A stretch of DNA of 64,000 nucleotides from Scenedesmus sp. PABB004. Its lineage: Eukaryota. Below, piece by piece: positions 36,907 to 46,800 of the stretch. The stretch covers positions 310,001 through 374,000 of the forward strand of contig JABVCE010000005.1 of the NCBI GenBank assembly GCA_014905635.1. Reading direction: 5' to 3'. The translations under genes and the position numbers were made by a program. The notes under the pieces were generated by a model. The model had not been told where the DNA came from. It worked only from the letters and a program-made list of their open reading frames with translations, and made no database searches. Every line of letters begins with the position of its first letter. Position 1 is the first letter of the stretch.

Positions 36907-37488
36907 CAACCAGTGCGCCCCTGAAGGCGCGCTGTCGGCGGAGGAGACTGCGTTCGTGCACACGCTCAACGAGGTGCGCACCGCCGGGCGCCGCCGCCGG
37001 CCGCCGCGGCCGCGCGCGCGCCCCGCCTCCGCCGCGGCCCGCTCACTTCACGCCGACCGCCGGCGCCCCGCGCCCCCGCCGCCTGTGTTACTGACAGGAC
37101 CTGCTGCGCTTCAACCGCTTCTTCATTGACAAGGAGGAGGACAGCGTCATAACGCTGCAGGCGCTCAGCGACTGCATCGCCGCGGCGGCCAGCGCGGCCG
37201 AGCTGACCGCGCTCAAAGCGGAGCTCGTCGACTTCCACGGCCAGATGGTGCTGTTACTCCACTGGTCGCTTCTGAATTACGCCGCTGTGGTCAAGATCCT
37301 CAGAAGCACGGTGCGCCGCGGCGGCGCCGCCCGCGCCGCCAGCCCGCGCCGCGCCGCGCCGCCCGCCCGCCGACGCGCCGCGCCCGCCCGTCCGGCAACG
37401 CAGACAAGCGCTCGGGCCTGCTCCTCCGCGCGCCGTACACTGGCCAACGTGCTGCAGCAGCCCTTCCATTCCACGGGCGTGCTCAGCC
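36907..37488 (+). pseudogene. Internal SPX fragment, direct copy of 34643-35228 including introns
   Basis: No start and no 3' end; ATG>ATA at ~37149; 1-nt indels at CTCAGAAG and GTACACTGG. Confidence 0.85.
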
Positions 37489-37707
37489 TGCGCGGCCGCG
37501 GGGCGCGCGCAGCACACGCACAGCAGCCCCGTGCCGCCGCCGCGCAGCGCGCAGCCAGCCGCCCCGCCACGCCCCGCCCTCGGCCGGCGCGCCGCGCAGC
37601 GCAGACAGCAGGCCGGGGGCCGGCCCACGCCGCGCGCGGCGCCGCTCGAGTCGGCCGCTCCGCGGCGGCGGCGCGCTGCGCCCTGCCGTCGTGCGCCGCC
37701 GCCGCTG
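37486..37707 (-). repeat. Third partial copy of segment A (direct repeat of ~36138-36371)
   Basis: GCCTGCGCGGCCGCGGGGCGCGCGCAGCACACGCACAGCAGCCCC recurs here. Confidence 0.85.
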
Positions 37708-38018
37708 CGTTCAGGGCTGGCCGCTCGACCCGCTGCTCCACTCCCCTCCACTCCCCGCCCGCGGCCGATGAGCGAGAGCGGCAGCAAGTGCAGATGAAAT
37801 GAACTGAGCCGGGTGCTGGGCGGTGCTGGCACGATGGAGGGCATAGGTGGGCCGGGAGGCTTCCGGGGCGTCTCAACGGCTGCGGGACATGCAGCCCGCG
37901 CCCGCAGCCCGGCCGGCGAGCGCCCCGGGCGCGCCAGGGCGTGATGGCCCGTTGTGGGGCGCCTGCTCGCGCATGCGGGGGCCGTCAGCCGCCAGCCGCC
38001 CCACCAGAGACGGCCATC

Positions 38019-40787
38019 ATGGCCGGCACCTCGGCACCCCGGCCGCAGCGGCAGGCGGGGCGCAGCGGCGGCGCACGGCGCCGCTGCGCGTCGCCGCTGC
38101 TGCTGCCGGCGCGGGCGCACGCCGCAGCCGCAGCCGCCGCGCCAGCCCGCCCGCCCTCACGCCCCGGCGCCCGCGGCGCTCGCCCAGGCGTGGACGGCAT
38201 CCACTGCGTGTCGGGCACGTGCGACCTCTGTGGCGACACGTGCGACGCCAACGCGCAGGAGCTCAACGTGCTGACCTGCACGTTCAAGAACTGCGCGGAC
38301 CTGCCCTACCACCAGGACTGCCTGGAAAAGGTGCGCGCGGCGCGGCCGGGGCCCGCGGCGGCGTGGCAGCGGTGCGGGGCGGCGCGCGCAGCGCGGCGCC
38401 CGCTCTCGGCGCTCGCTCGAGCGTTCCCCGCCGCCGCTGCTGGCGCCGCCTCTGCCGCTGGCGCTGCCGCAGTACCTCAAGAGCATCCGGCTGGAGCGCA
38501 ACCGCAAGACGGGCTTCAAGTGCCCGCGCGGCTGTGGCAAGGGCACGGCGCACCGCGAGCCCTGCCCCGGCAAGGTCGACAAGAGCCACCCCATCCACCC
38601 GCGGAACGAGGAGACCAAGAAAAAGAAAAAGGCGCGCCTGGGCGCCGGGGGGGGGGGGGGGGGGGCAGCAGCAGCAGCAGCGGCGGCGGCAGCGGCAGCA
38701 GGTGTCCGCACGCGGCGGCGGCAGGGCGCGCGGCGCGTGCGAGGCCGTGCGCCGCCCGCCCGCGCGCGCAGGCGGCGCTGCCGGTCGTCGCGGCGCTGCC
38801 GGCGGCGCGGCCCAAGTCGCGTGAGGAGAAGAAGGCGGAGAAGGCGGCAGCAGCGGCTGCGGCCAAGGCCGCCGCAGGCGCGGACAAGGGCAAGGCGGCG
38901 GCCAAGAGCGGGTGCGCGGCGCGCTGCGGCAGCGCTGCCGCTCCCCTCTCAGCAGGCGGCGCAGGCAGCGCAGGCGGCGCGCGCGTCCACACGCCCCCGC
39001 CCGCCATGCCGTCCCGCAGGGCCAAGGCCGGCGGCAGCGGCGCGGCAGCCAACGGCGTCAAGGCGCGGCCGCCGCCGCCGCCGCCGCCAGACCCCAAGGC
39101 GCGCCTCGCCGAGGCGGTCGCGGCGGCGCGGCGAGAGCTCGCGGGCAGCGGCAGCCGCGGCGGCAGCCGCGACGCCACGCCCACGCCGGCCGAGCGCCGG
39201 CCAGGGGCGCCCGAGTACAAAACGCTCGACGCCTTCTATGCCGCGGGCGGCGGCAGCAGCAGCAGCAGCCTCGGCGGCGCCGCGCCGGCGGCGCCCGCGG
39301 TCAACGCCTGGGCGGCCAAGCCGCCGGTGCAGGCGCAGCCGGGCGCGCGCGGCGGCGGCGGCGCGCCGCAGCCGAGCCGGCTCGGCGCGGGCAGCAGCGC
39401 CGCGGCGGGCAGCGGCTGGCCCGCGGTCGCCCCGCTGCACCCCGGCGACGGCCACGGCGCGCTGGCGAGCGCGGGCAGCGTCGGCAGCACCGCATCGGGC
39501 GGGCCGCTGCCGGTGGGCGCCGACAACGGGGGCGAGGATGAGCCGGTGCTCACCAAGGCGCAGCGCAAAAACCTGAAGCGCGCGGAGCGCAAGAAGAAAG
39601 GCGACGCTGGCGGCGGCGAGCCCGCCGCCGCGCCGCCCGGCGGTGCGGGCGGCGGCGACGCCGGCGCCGGCTGGGCGGGCGCGCCCAAGCCGGGCAGCCG
39701 CGGCGGCACGGCCGGCAGCAGCGGCGGCGGCGCGTCGTCGGGCGGCGGCGACGGCGACGCCGAGGGTGCGGCGCTGATGCACGAGCTCGCGGTGCAGGCG
39801 CTGCTGGCGCGCCGGACGCTGCAGCTGGTCGCGAGCCTGCAGCGCCTCGGCTTTGCCGACTGGCAGGCCGCCGCGGCGGTGCAGCGCCACGGCAGCGACC
39901 TGGAGGAGGGCGTCGCGTGGCTGCTGGAGGGCGGCGCGCCGAGCCCCGCGGCCGCCGCGGGCGCGGGGTCGGGGTGCGTCGCCGAGGTGAGCATCGCCGA
40001 CGACCTCGCGACGCTCGAGGCGCTCGGCGCGGCGCTGCCCCAGGTCCCCCGCGCCCAGCTCTACCAGACCGTGGCCGACACCGGCGGCGACCTCGACGCG
40101 ACCGCGGCGGTCTGCCTGCAGTGCAGCGGGCTCGCGGACGAGCCGGGCGGCCCCGGCGACGGCGGCGGCGGCAGCGGCGGCGGTGACGGCGCGGACGGCG
40201 GCGCCGCCGCCGCGCTGCGGGCGCAGCAGGCGGCGGCGGCCGCCGCGGCCGCCGCCGCAGTGGCGCAGCAGCACCACGAGCAGCAGCAGCAGCAGCAGGC
40301 GCGGGCGCAGCAGCTAGCGGCGCAGCAGGCGGAGCAGCAGCAGCAGCAGCAGCATCAGCAGCAGCACAACCACCTAGCGGGCGCGCACAGCAGCTACGGG
40401 AGCTGGCTGCAGGGCGGCGGCGCGGCGGCGCAGGTGGCCGGCAGCAGCGGCACCAGCGCGCTCTGGGGCGGCGCCGGCGACGCGGCCGCCGCGCCGCCGA
40501 GCTGGGCACCGCAGGGCAGCGGCAGCCTGTTTGGCGCCGCCGCGGCGAGCCTGGCCGGCGGGGCGCTGCTGGGCGGCGGACAGCAGAGCCTGTCGGCGGC
40601 GGACCCCGTGCTCGAGGCGTTTGGCAGCGGGAGCGGCGCGCTGCAGCAGCAGGGGTCGCTCTTTGGCTGGCGCGGGCAGCCGCTCTTTGGCGACCAGCAG
40701 GCCGCCGCCGCCGGCGCCCCCGCCGGCGCGGGCGGCGACGACGAGGGCGAGCTGGAGAGCTTGATGACGCTGATGATGGCCCACTGA
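38019..40787 (+). CDS. Protein with N-terminal PHD/RING-like Cys/His finger and UBA-like domain
   Basis: CDLC..C....C....YHQDC...CPRGC; LQRLGFADWQAAAAVQRHGSDLEEGVAWLL; TGTAA at ~40883. Confidence 0.7.
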   Translation: MAGTSAPRPQRQAGRSGGARRRCASPLLLPARAHAAAAAAAPARPPSRPGARGARPGVDGIHCVSGTCDLCGDTCDANAQELNVLTCTFKNCADLPYHQDCLEKVRAARPGPAAAWQRCGAARAARRPLSALARAFPAAAAGAASAAGAAAVPQEHPAGAQPQDGLQVPARLWQGHGAPRALPRQGRQEPPHPPAERGDQEKEKGAPGRRGGGGGGSSSSSGGGSGSRCPHAAAAGRAARARPCAARPRAQAALPVVAALPAARPKSREEKKAEKAAAAAAAKAAAGADKGKAAAKSGCAARCGSAAAPLSAGGAGSAGGARVHTPPPAMPSRRAKAGGSGAAANGVKARPPPPPPPDPKARLAEAVAAARRELAGSGSRGGSRDATPTPAERRPGAPEYKTLDAFYAAGGGSSSSSLGGAAPAAPAVNAWAAKPPVQAQPGARGGGGAPQPSRLGAGSSAAAGSGWPAVAPLHPGDGHGALASAGSVGSTASGGPLPVGADNGGEDEPVLTKAQRKNLKRAERKKKGDAGGGEPAAAPPGGAGGGDAGAGWAGAPKPGSRGGTAGSSGGGASSGGGDGDAEGAALMHELAVQALLARRTLQLVASLQRLGFADWQAAAAVQRHGSDLEEGVAWLLEGGAPSPAAAAGAGSGCVAEVSIADDLATLEALGAALPQVPRAQLYQTVADTGGDLDATAAVCLQCSGLADEPGGPGDGGGGSGGGDGADGGAAAALRAQQAAAAAAAAAAVAQQHHEQQQQQQARAQQLAAQQAEQQQQQQHQQQHNHLAGAHSSYGSWLQGGGAAAQVAGSSGTSALWGGAGDAAAAPPSWAPQGSGSLFGAAAASLAGGALLGGGQQSLSAADPVLEAFGSGSGALQQQGSLFGWRGQPLFGDQQAAAAGAPAGAGGDDEGELESLMTLMMAH

Positions 40788-41100
40788 CGCCGGCGGTGGC
40801 GGCCGCTGCGTGCTCAGGTTCCCCCGCGCGCACGAGCAGCGAGCGCTCAGCCGTCGTTGCGCGGGCGCACCGCCGCCGTCGTTGTAAAACCGCGGCGCTC
40901 CCACGGGCGAGAGCCGTGAGCGCGCCCGGGGCGTGGGGCGAGGACCAGCACGATCTGATGCGGCCGCGCGCGCGGGCACCACACGACCGCCGGGCAGCAC
41001 CGAGCGCCCGTGGCCACGCACGCGCCGCACCTCCCCGGTGCACGAGCGCACGGCGCACGAGCGCACGAGCGCAGGCTCCGGCGTGGGCGCTCGCGGCCAA

Positions 41101-43570
41101 ATGCGGTCCCTGCAGCGCACGCCCGCGGCGCAGCAGCAGCGGCAGCAGCGCGCACCCCCGGCGCAGCGGCTCCCGCGCGCCTTCAGCGCCGCCGCCCCGT
41201 GGCGCTCAGCAGCAGGCGCATCTCGCTCGGGACCGCGGGACAGCACCGCCCGGACCGCGGTCGGCATGGGCCGCAGCGTCGCCGGCAGCGCCGCGCCGGG
41301 CGGGAGCAGCACGCGGGCGCTGCTGCCCGCCGCCCGGAGCGCCGCGCCGGGCGCGGCGGCGGCGCTGGCGGAGCCGGCGCGCGTGGACGCGCTCATCGTC
41401 GGCGGCGGGCCGGCGGGCCTCGCGGCGGCGGTCATGCTCGCGGGGCGCGGCTGGACGGTCGCAGTCGCGGAGCGCAACAGCGTGCTGAGCTACTCGGACC
41501 CGGACCGCTCGTACGTGTACGCCATCGACGGCCGCGGCCGGGCCTGGACGGACCGCTTCGGCGTCACGCAGCGCCTCGCCGAGGCGGCGGTCGACACCAA
41601 GGCCGTCGAGGTGGCGCGAGTCTTCCCGGACGGCGCGACGCGGCGCAGCCGGCAGCTCATCAAGGACGAGGCCCGCGCGGTGCACTGGCTGCCGCGCAGC
41701 GCCTTCCTGCGCCTGCTCGAGGCCCGGGCGCGCGAGGACGCGTCGTTCGTGCAGCTGCTGACCAACACCGAGGCGGTCGGCGTCTCACGCGGCCCGGCGC
41801 TGCGCGTCACGCTGCGCAACACGGTGACCGGCAACGACGCGGTGTTTGAGCCCCGCCTGCTCATCGGCTGCGACGGCATCGCCTCGCTCGTGCGCGGCTC
41901 GCTGCAGGGCTGGGCGGCCGCCGATGGCGCGCCGGCCGGGCGGTTTGCGATGTCGCAGCTCCCCTCGCTCAGCACGGGGCTGCGGTTCAAGGTGCTGCAG
42001 CTGCCGCCAAACCCCGCGATGCGCGACGGCGCGGCACTGGCAAACCCCAGCTTCTGCCTCCTCGCCGGCAAGTCGGCGCCCGCCATCGGCGGCCCGCCGC
42101 TGCGGTGAGCCCGCCCGCAGCGCCGGCCGAGTGCTGATCAGGCAGCGAGCGCCGGCGACGCACGCGCACGCGCGCGCACCGCGCCGCCGCCCACGCTGTC
42201 ACCCGCCGCCGCCGCCGCGCGGCGCAGGCTGGGCCTGCTGCCCATCAAGGACGTGACCGCGGGCCGCACCGCCAACCTCATCACCCTCCCGGACCACCCG
42301 GTGTGGTCGGTGCAGGACGCGGAGACGATGTACACCGGTGTGTGGGTGGGTGTGTGGGTGTGTGGGTGTGTGTGGGGGGGGGGGGGGGCGCACCCGCGCC
42401 GCGCAGCACGCCCGTCACTCGCGCCCGCACGCCGCCCACGCCTCCGCGCGCCGCCTGACGTGCCGCACGCCGGCGCCCGTCTCTGCGCGCGCGCGCGCGG
42501 TCGCAGTGTTTGAGCAGGCGTTCCCCCAGGCTGACTGGCGCGCGCTCGTGCCCGAGACGGTGATGGCCAAGGCACGTGGGGCAGGGGGGTGTTGGCACTG
42601 GCTGGCTGATAGCCAGCCGGCGCCCGAGGCCGAGGGGCCGGGCGCGACGCGCCCCGCCGCCCGCCGCCCCGCCGCGCCCCGCCGCGCCGCGCGCAGTTTG
42701 CCGCCTCGCGCGGCGGCGCCTTCCCGGCGCCCCAGTTCAGCCAGGGCCTCGCGACGGTCGTGGACGCCGCGGCGCCGCCGCACGCGCGGCTGGGCGGCGC
42801 GGCGGTCAAGGGTATCGGCGTGGTGCTCCTGGGCGACGCGGCGCATGCATTCCCGCCCGACCTCGGTGCGCGGCGCTGCGGCGGCGCGGTGGGGTGGGGC
42901 TGAGCGCCCTCCTGACCGCCGTCGGCGCGGCGCTGACGCTGCACGGCTTCGGCTGTGTGCTTCGCCAGCGAGGCGCTGCTGCGCCTGCCCCGATGAGCCC
43001 TGCCGCGCCAATCCAATCCATCCGCCCCGCCGCAGGGCAAGGCGTGAACAGCGCGCTTGAGGACGTGCTGGTCCTGGAGCGCCAGCTGGAGGCGACGGGC
43101 GACGATCTCGGCGCGGCGCTGCCCGCGTTTGAGGTGGCGCGCCTGCCGGACTCGGCCGCGCTCGCCAAGCTCGTGCAGGCGCGCGCCGCCGCCGCCGCCG
43201 CCGCCGTCGCCGCCGCCCCCCGGTTCCCCCCCCCTCACACCCCGCCCCGCCACGCCGCGCCCGCACACCACCGCAGGTGGGCTTCCCGCTGCAATACAAC
43301 CAATTTCCCGTGCGCCGGGTGCTGTGGAACCTCGGTTTCCTTGCCCAGGTGGTGCTGCACAAGGTGCTGCCCTTCCTGGTCAGCCCGCCGCTGTTCATCA
43401 TGGTCCAAGACCCCGCCCGAAGCTACAGCAGCGTCCTCGCCGCGACGCAGCGCAGCCGCGCGGCCGCTGCGGCGCTCGGCGCCGCCGCGCTCGCGGCGCT
43501 CGCCGCGCTCGCCGCGCGCGTGCTGCCGCGCCTGGCGGCCGGGCTTGCGAGCGGCGGCGCGGCGGCGTGA
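41101..43570 (+). CDS. FAD-dependent monooxygenase (kynurenine 3-monooxygenase-like)
   Basis: IVGGGPAGLAAA, LIGCDGIASLVR, LLGDAAHAFPPDL|GQGVNSALED. Confidence 0.9.
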
Positions 43571-43781
43571 GAGGGGCGCAGGCTGCGCTGCGGTGTGGCG
43601 CGCGCACTGGGGAGCTGTGCGGGGCGGCACTGGCGGCCGCGGCTGCGGCAAGTGCATGGGGGTCGTGGCCTCGACCCCTCATGGTTAAGGCTTGAGCGCC
43701 TGTGAGCAAGGTCACGCGCGGGAGGCATTGGGTTCAGCCGGCAATGCGCAGTGCCGCGCCGCTCAAGCGCCCACACCCGCA

Positions 43782-43858
43782 GCTCAGCGCGCGGCTCAGC
43801 GCGCGGCTCAGCGCGCGGCTCAGCGCGCGGCTCAGCGCGCGGCTCAGCGCGCGGCTCA
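43782..43858. repeat. 12-bp tandem repeat (GCTCAGCGCGCG) x ~6
   Basis: Read directly; abuts the stop codon of the minus-strand LRR gene. Confidence 0.9.
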
Positions 43859-46800
43859 TCGGCCGCCGCCGCCGCCCTGCGCCGGGCAGGGCCGCTCGCT
43901 GCCGCCGAGCGCCACCACGCCGCCCGGCCCCGCAGCAAAGACGCTCGCGTTCACTGCCGCAGCATTCATCATGCAGGGATTGTCACGAAGGTCAATGCCG
44001 CCGACCGGGCAGCCGCGCAGCGCCGCCCACTCGAGCGGCACGGTGCCGGTCAGGGCATTGGACGCAAGCCCGAGGCGCTGCAGCGCGGTCAGGCGGCCAA
44101 ACGTCGGCACGAGTGGCCCTGTGAGGGCGTTGTCAGAGATGTTGAGCGACCGGAGGCGCTCCAGCACCGACCAGGCGAGGGGCAGGGGGCCCGTGAGGTT
44201 GCAGGATGCCAGTTTGAGCTCCTGCGTGGTATGGCGGCAGCAGCGCAGCCGGTCAGCTGGCGCGGCCGCAGCGATCGCTGCCGGGCAGCCGTCCCCCACG
44301 GCTTGCTCGCAGAGCAGCGCGCGCACCTTGAGTGCGCCCAGGTGGCCCCACGACGCTGGCAGGCTGCCGCCCAGGTTGCGGTTGCGAGAGAGGTCGATCG
44401 TGGTGAGCGCGCTGAGCGCGCTGAGCTCCGGCGCCAGGCCGCCGGTGAGGGCGTTGTCCGCGAGGCGCAGGACGCGCAGCCCCGCCATCAGCGGGCCGTC
44501 GGCCGCGGCTGCCCAGCCCGCTGGCAGCTGTCCGGTGAGGCCGCAGTCCGTCGCATCCAGCTCCTCCAGCGTCTGCAGGACGGTCCACACGGGCGGCAGG
44601 GAGCCACCAATGCCCTGGTTGCCGGCGAGCCGCAGCGTGCTCAGGCGCGTGAGCATCGCAAAAGCAGTTGGCAGCGGGCCGACGAGGCTCGGGTTGTTGC
44701 GCAGGTCGAGCGTGCGCAGCTCGGCCAGCGCGACGATGTCCGCGGCCGCCGCGTCCAGGCTGCCCTGCAGCCCCAGGCCTGCGAGCACGAGCGTCTGCAG
44801 CGCCGACAGCTTGGACACGTGCGCAGTGAGCTGCTGCAGCGTCATCGGCGCGAGGCGCAGGCCCAGGCCGGCCAGCTCCAGGGCGACGACGCGGTGGTGC
44901 GCGTCGCACGTCACGCCCGCCCAGCCGACGCAGTAAATGAAGGACTGCCCTGTGAGCAGCGACGCAGCGCGGGCGGGGTCAGGTTCTGGCCCAGCTGCAG
45001 CAGGGCGGTCAGCGGCAGTCAGGCGCACAGGCGGTGGGGCCGCGCGCGGGCGCGGCGCGCCTCACCTGCAGGGTCCCCAGACCACGACGCGAGCGCCGCC
45101 GCGTTTGCGGCGCCCTGCTCTAGGCTTGCATTGGTCAGCAGCGCCCGTAGCGCCGCGACGGCACCTCGGTCGGACGCGGAGCACGGCGGGAGCCTAGACT
45201 GGTCCACATCCACACGAAGCATGCTGGGCGCGCACCCGGTGATCCCCGTGCCCCACGCAGAGACGCGCAAGCCAGAAAACTGTCCGCTGAAGCGCGCCCA
45301 AGACGCGGGCACCGAGCCGGTGAGGTGCGCGTTGCCCCAGACTTGGAGGTTATACAGCGGGATGACCCCGCCTGCGCCCCACGCCGCCGGCAGCTCACCC
45401 TCGAGCTGGTTGTCGGACACGTCGAGTTGGTGCAAGCCTGCCATATCCTTCCATGCAGCTGGCAGGCCGCCCGTCAGTGAGTTGTTGCCGAGAAAGATGC
45501 CCTGCGCCGCGGGCCAGTCGCTGCCCCACTGCGGCGGCAGCGGCCCGTGCAGTCCGGCGCCCCGCAGGTCCAGCCATTCCAGCTCTCGCGCGTGCCGAGT
45601 CAAGTCTGGCGGCACCAGTAGGTCGCGCGGCCCATGGCCGGGCGTGCCGGGCTTGTTGGCAGCACACTCGCAGTTGAATTGCTGCAGGTGCGGCAGCTGT
45701 GCTGCCAGCAAGGGCAGGTGTGTGAGGTTCAAGCCCCAGTCGCGCAAAGCATAGATCGACACGACACTTGCCACACCTCCAACCGCACGCAGACCAACAC
45801 CCAGGGTTGCATTGACAGCGCGGACATACGTGTCATTTGCCTGCAGCGCCCGGCCCAGCGGGTTCAGCGCGGCCAGCAATGCGTCAAATGCAGCTGCCGC
45901 CCCCGCATCAGAGCCGGGCAGCAGCAGCGCGCGCAGGGTGGTGTTGAGCGCCTGCCACTGCCCCGCCTCGCTTGGGTCTGCGCCGCACGCGCCGGTGATG
46001 TGCGTGCCGGTGAAGGAGATCCGCCAAGGGTCTGCGACCACCTCTGCGCTGAACGGCAGGCAGCCGCGCAGGTTGGGGTTGTCTTCAAGTTTGAGCCAGA
46101 TCAAGCGCGGGCTCAGCGTCACCCACGATGCGGGGACGGTGCCGCGCAGTTGGTTGCCCGACACGCCGATGTATTGCAGATCGGCAAGCTTGGCCCACTC
46201 AGGGCTGAGCGTGCCATTAAGTATATTGTCTCCCAGGCCCAGAGTGGACAGGCGCGTGAATGCAGTGAGCGGGTAGGCGTGGAGGGCGCCCGACAGCCTC
46301 TGGTTGGTGATTTTCAGCGATGTCAGCGCCTTGCCCTGCCGGAACCACGCGCGTGGGATGGTGCCGGTGACGCCGCAGCTCTTATCCGGGTAATAGGCAT
46401 CAAATGAGATCTCACTGATGTTTTTCCAGCCCAGCAGCCAGTTAGAAGGCAGGCCGCCAGCCAGGCACGAGTGGTAAACGGTGAACGCCTGCAGCTGGCG
46501 CAGCGCACCGAGTTGTATGGGCAGCTCGACGCCCGGCGGGCGGGCAAATTGGTCTTGCACGTCCAAGACTACGAGGCTCTGCCGAAGGCTGAGCAGGTGC
46601 GCGAGCAGGGCGGGCGTGAACACGGTGCGCCCGCCGGGGTCGTCACCAAAGTTTGCGTAAAGTGAGAGCTCTGCGGTCACGTTGGGTGGGGGGTCCGCCG
46701 GCAAGGCCGGCGGCGTGGGGCCAACGGTGGCGTTGCCAAGCGGAGGGGGAGGGGGTGGCAGCGCGTAGCCGGGGCAGTAGGGATCTGGGCCGTGGCCGTT

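Noticed and set aside
43782..43858. Possible CRISPR array
   Set aside because: Contiguous 12-mers without spacers, eukaryotic context, no cas genes.
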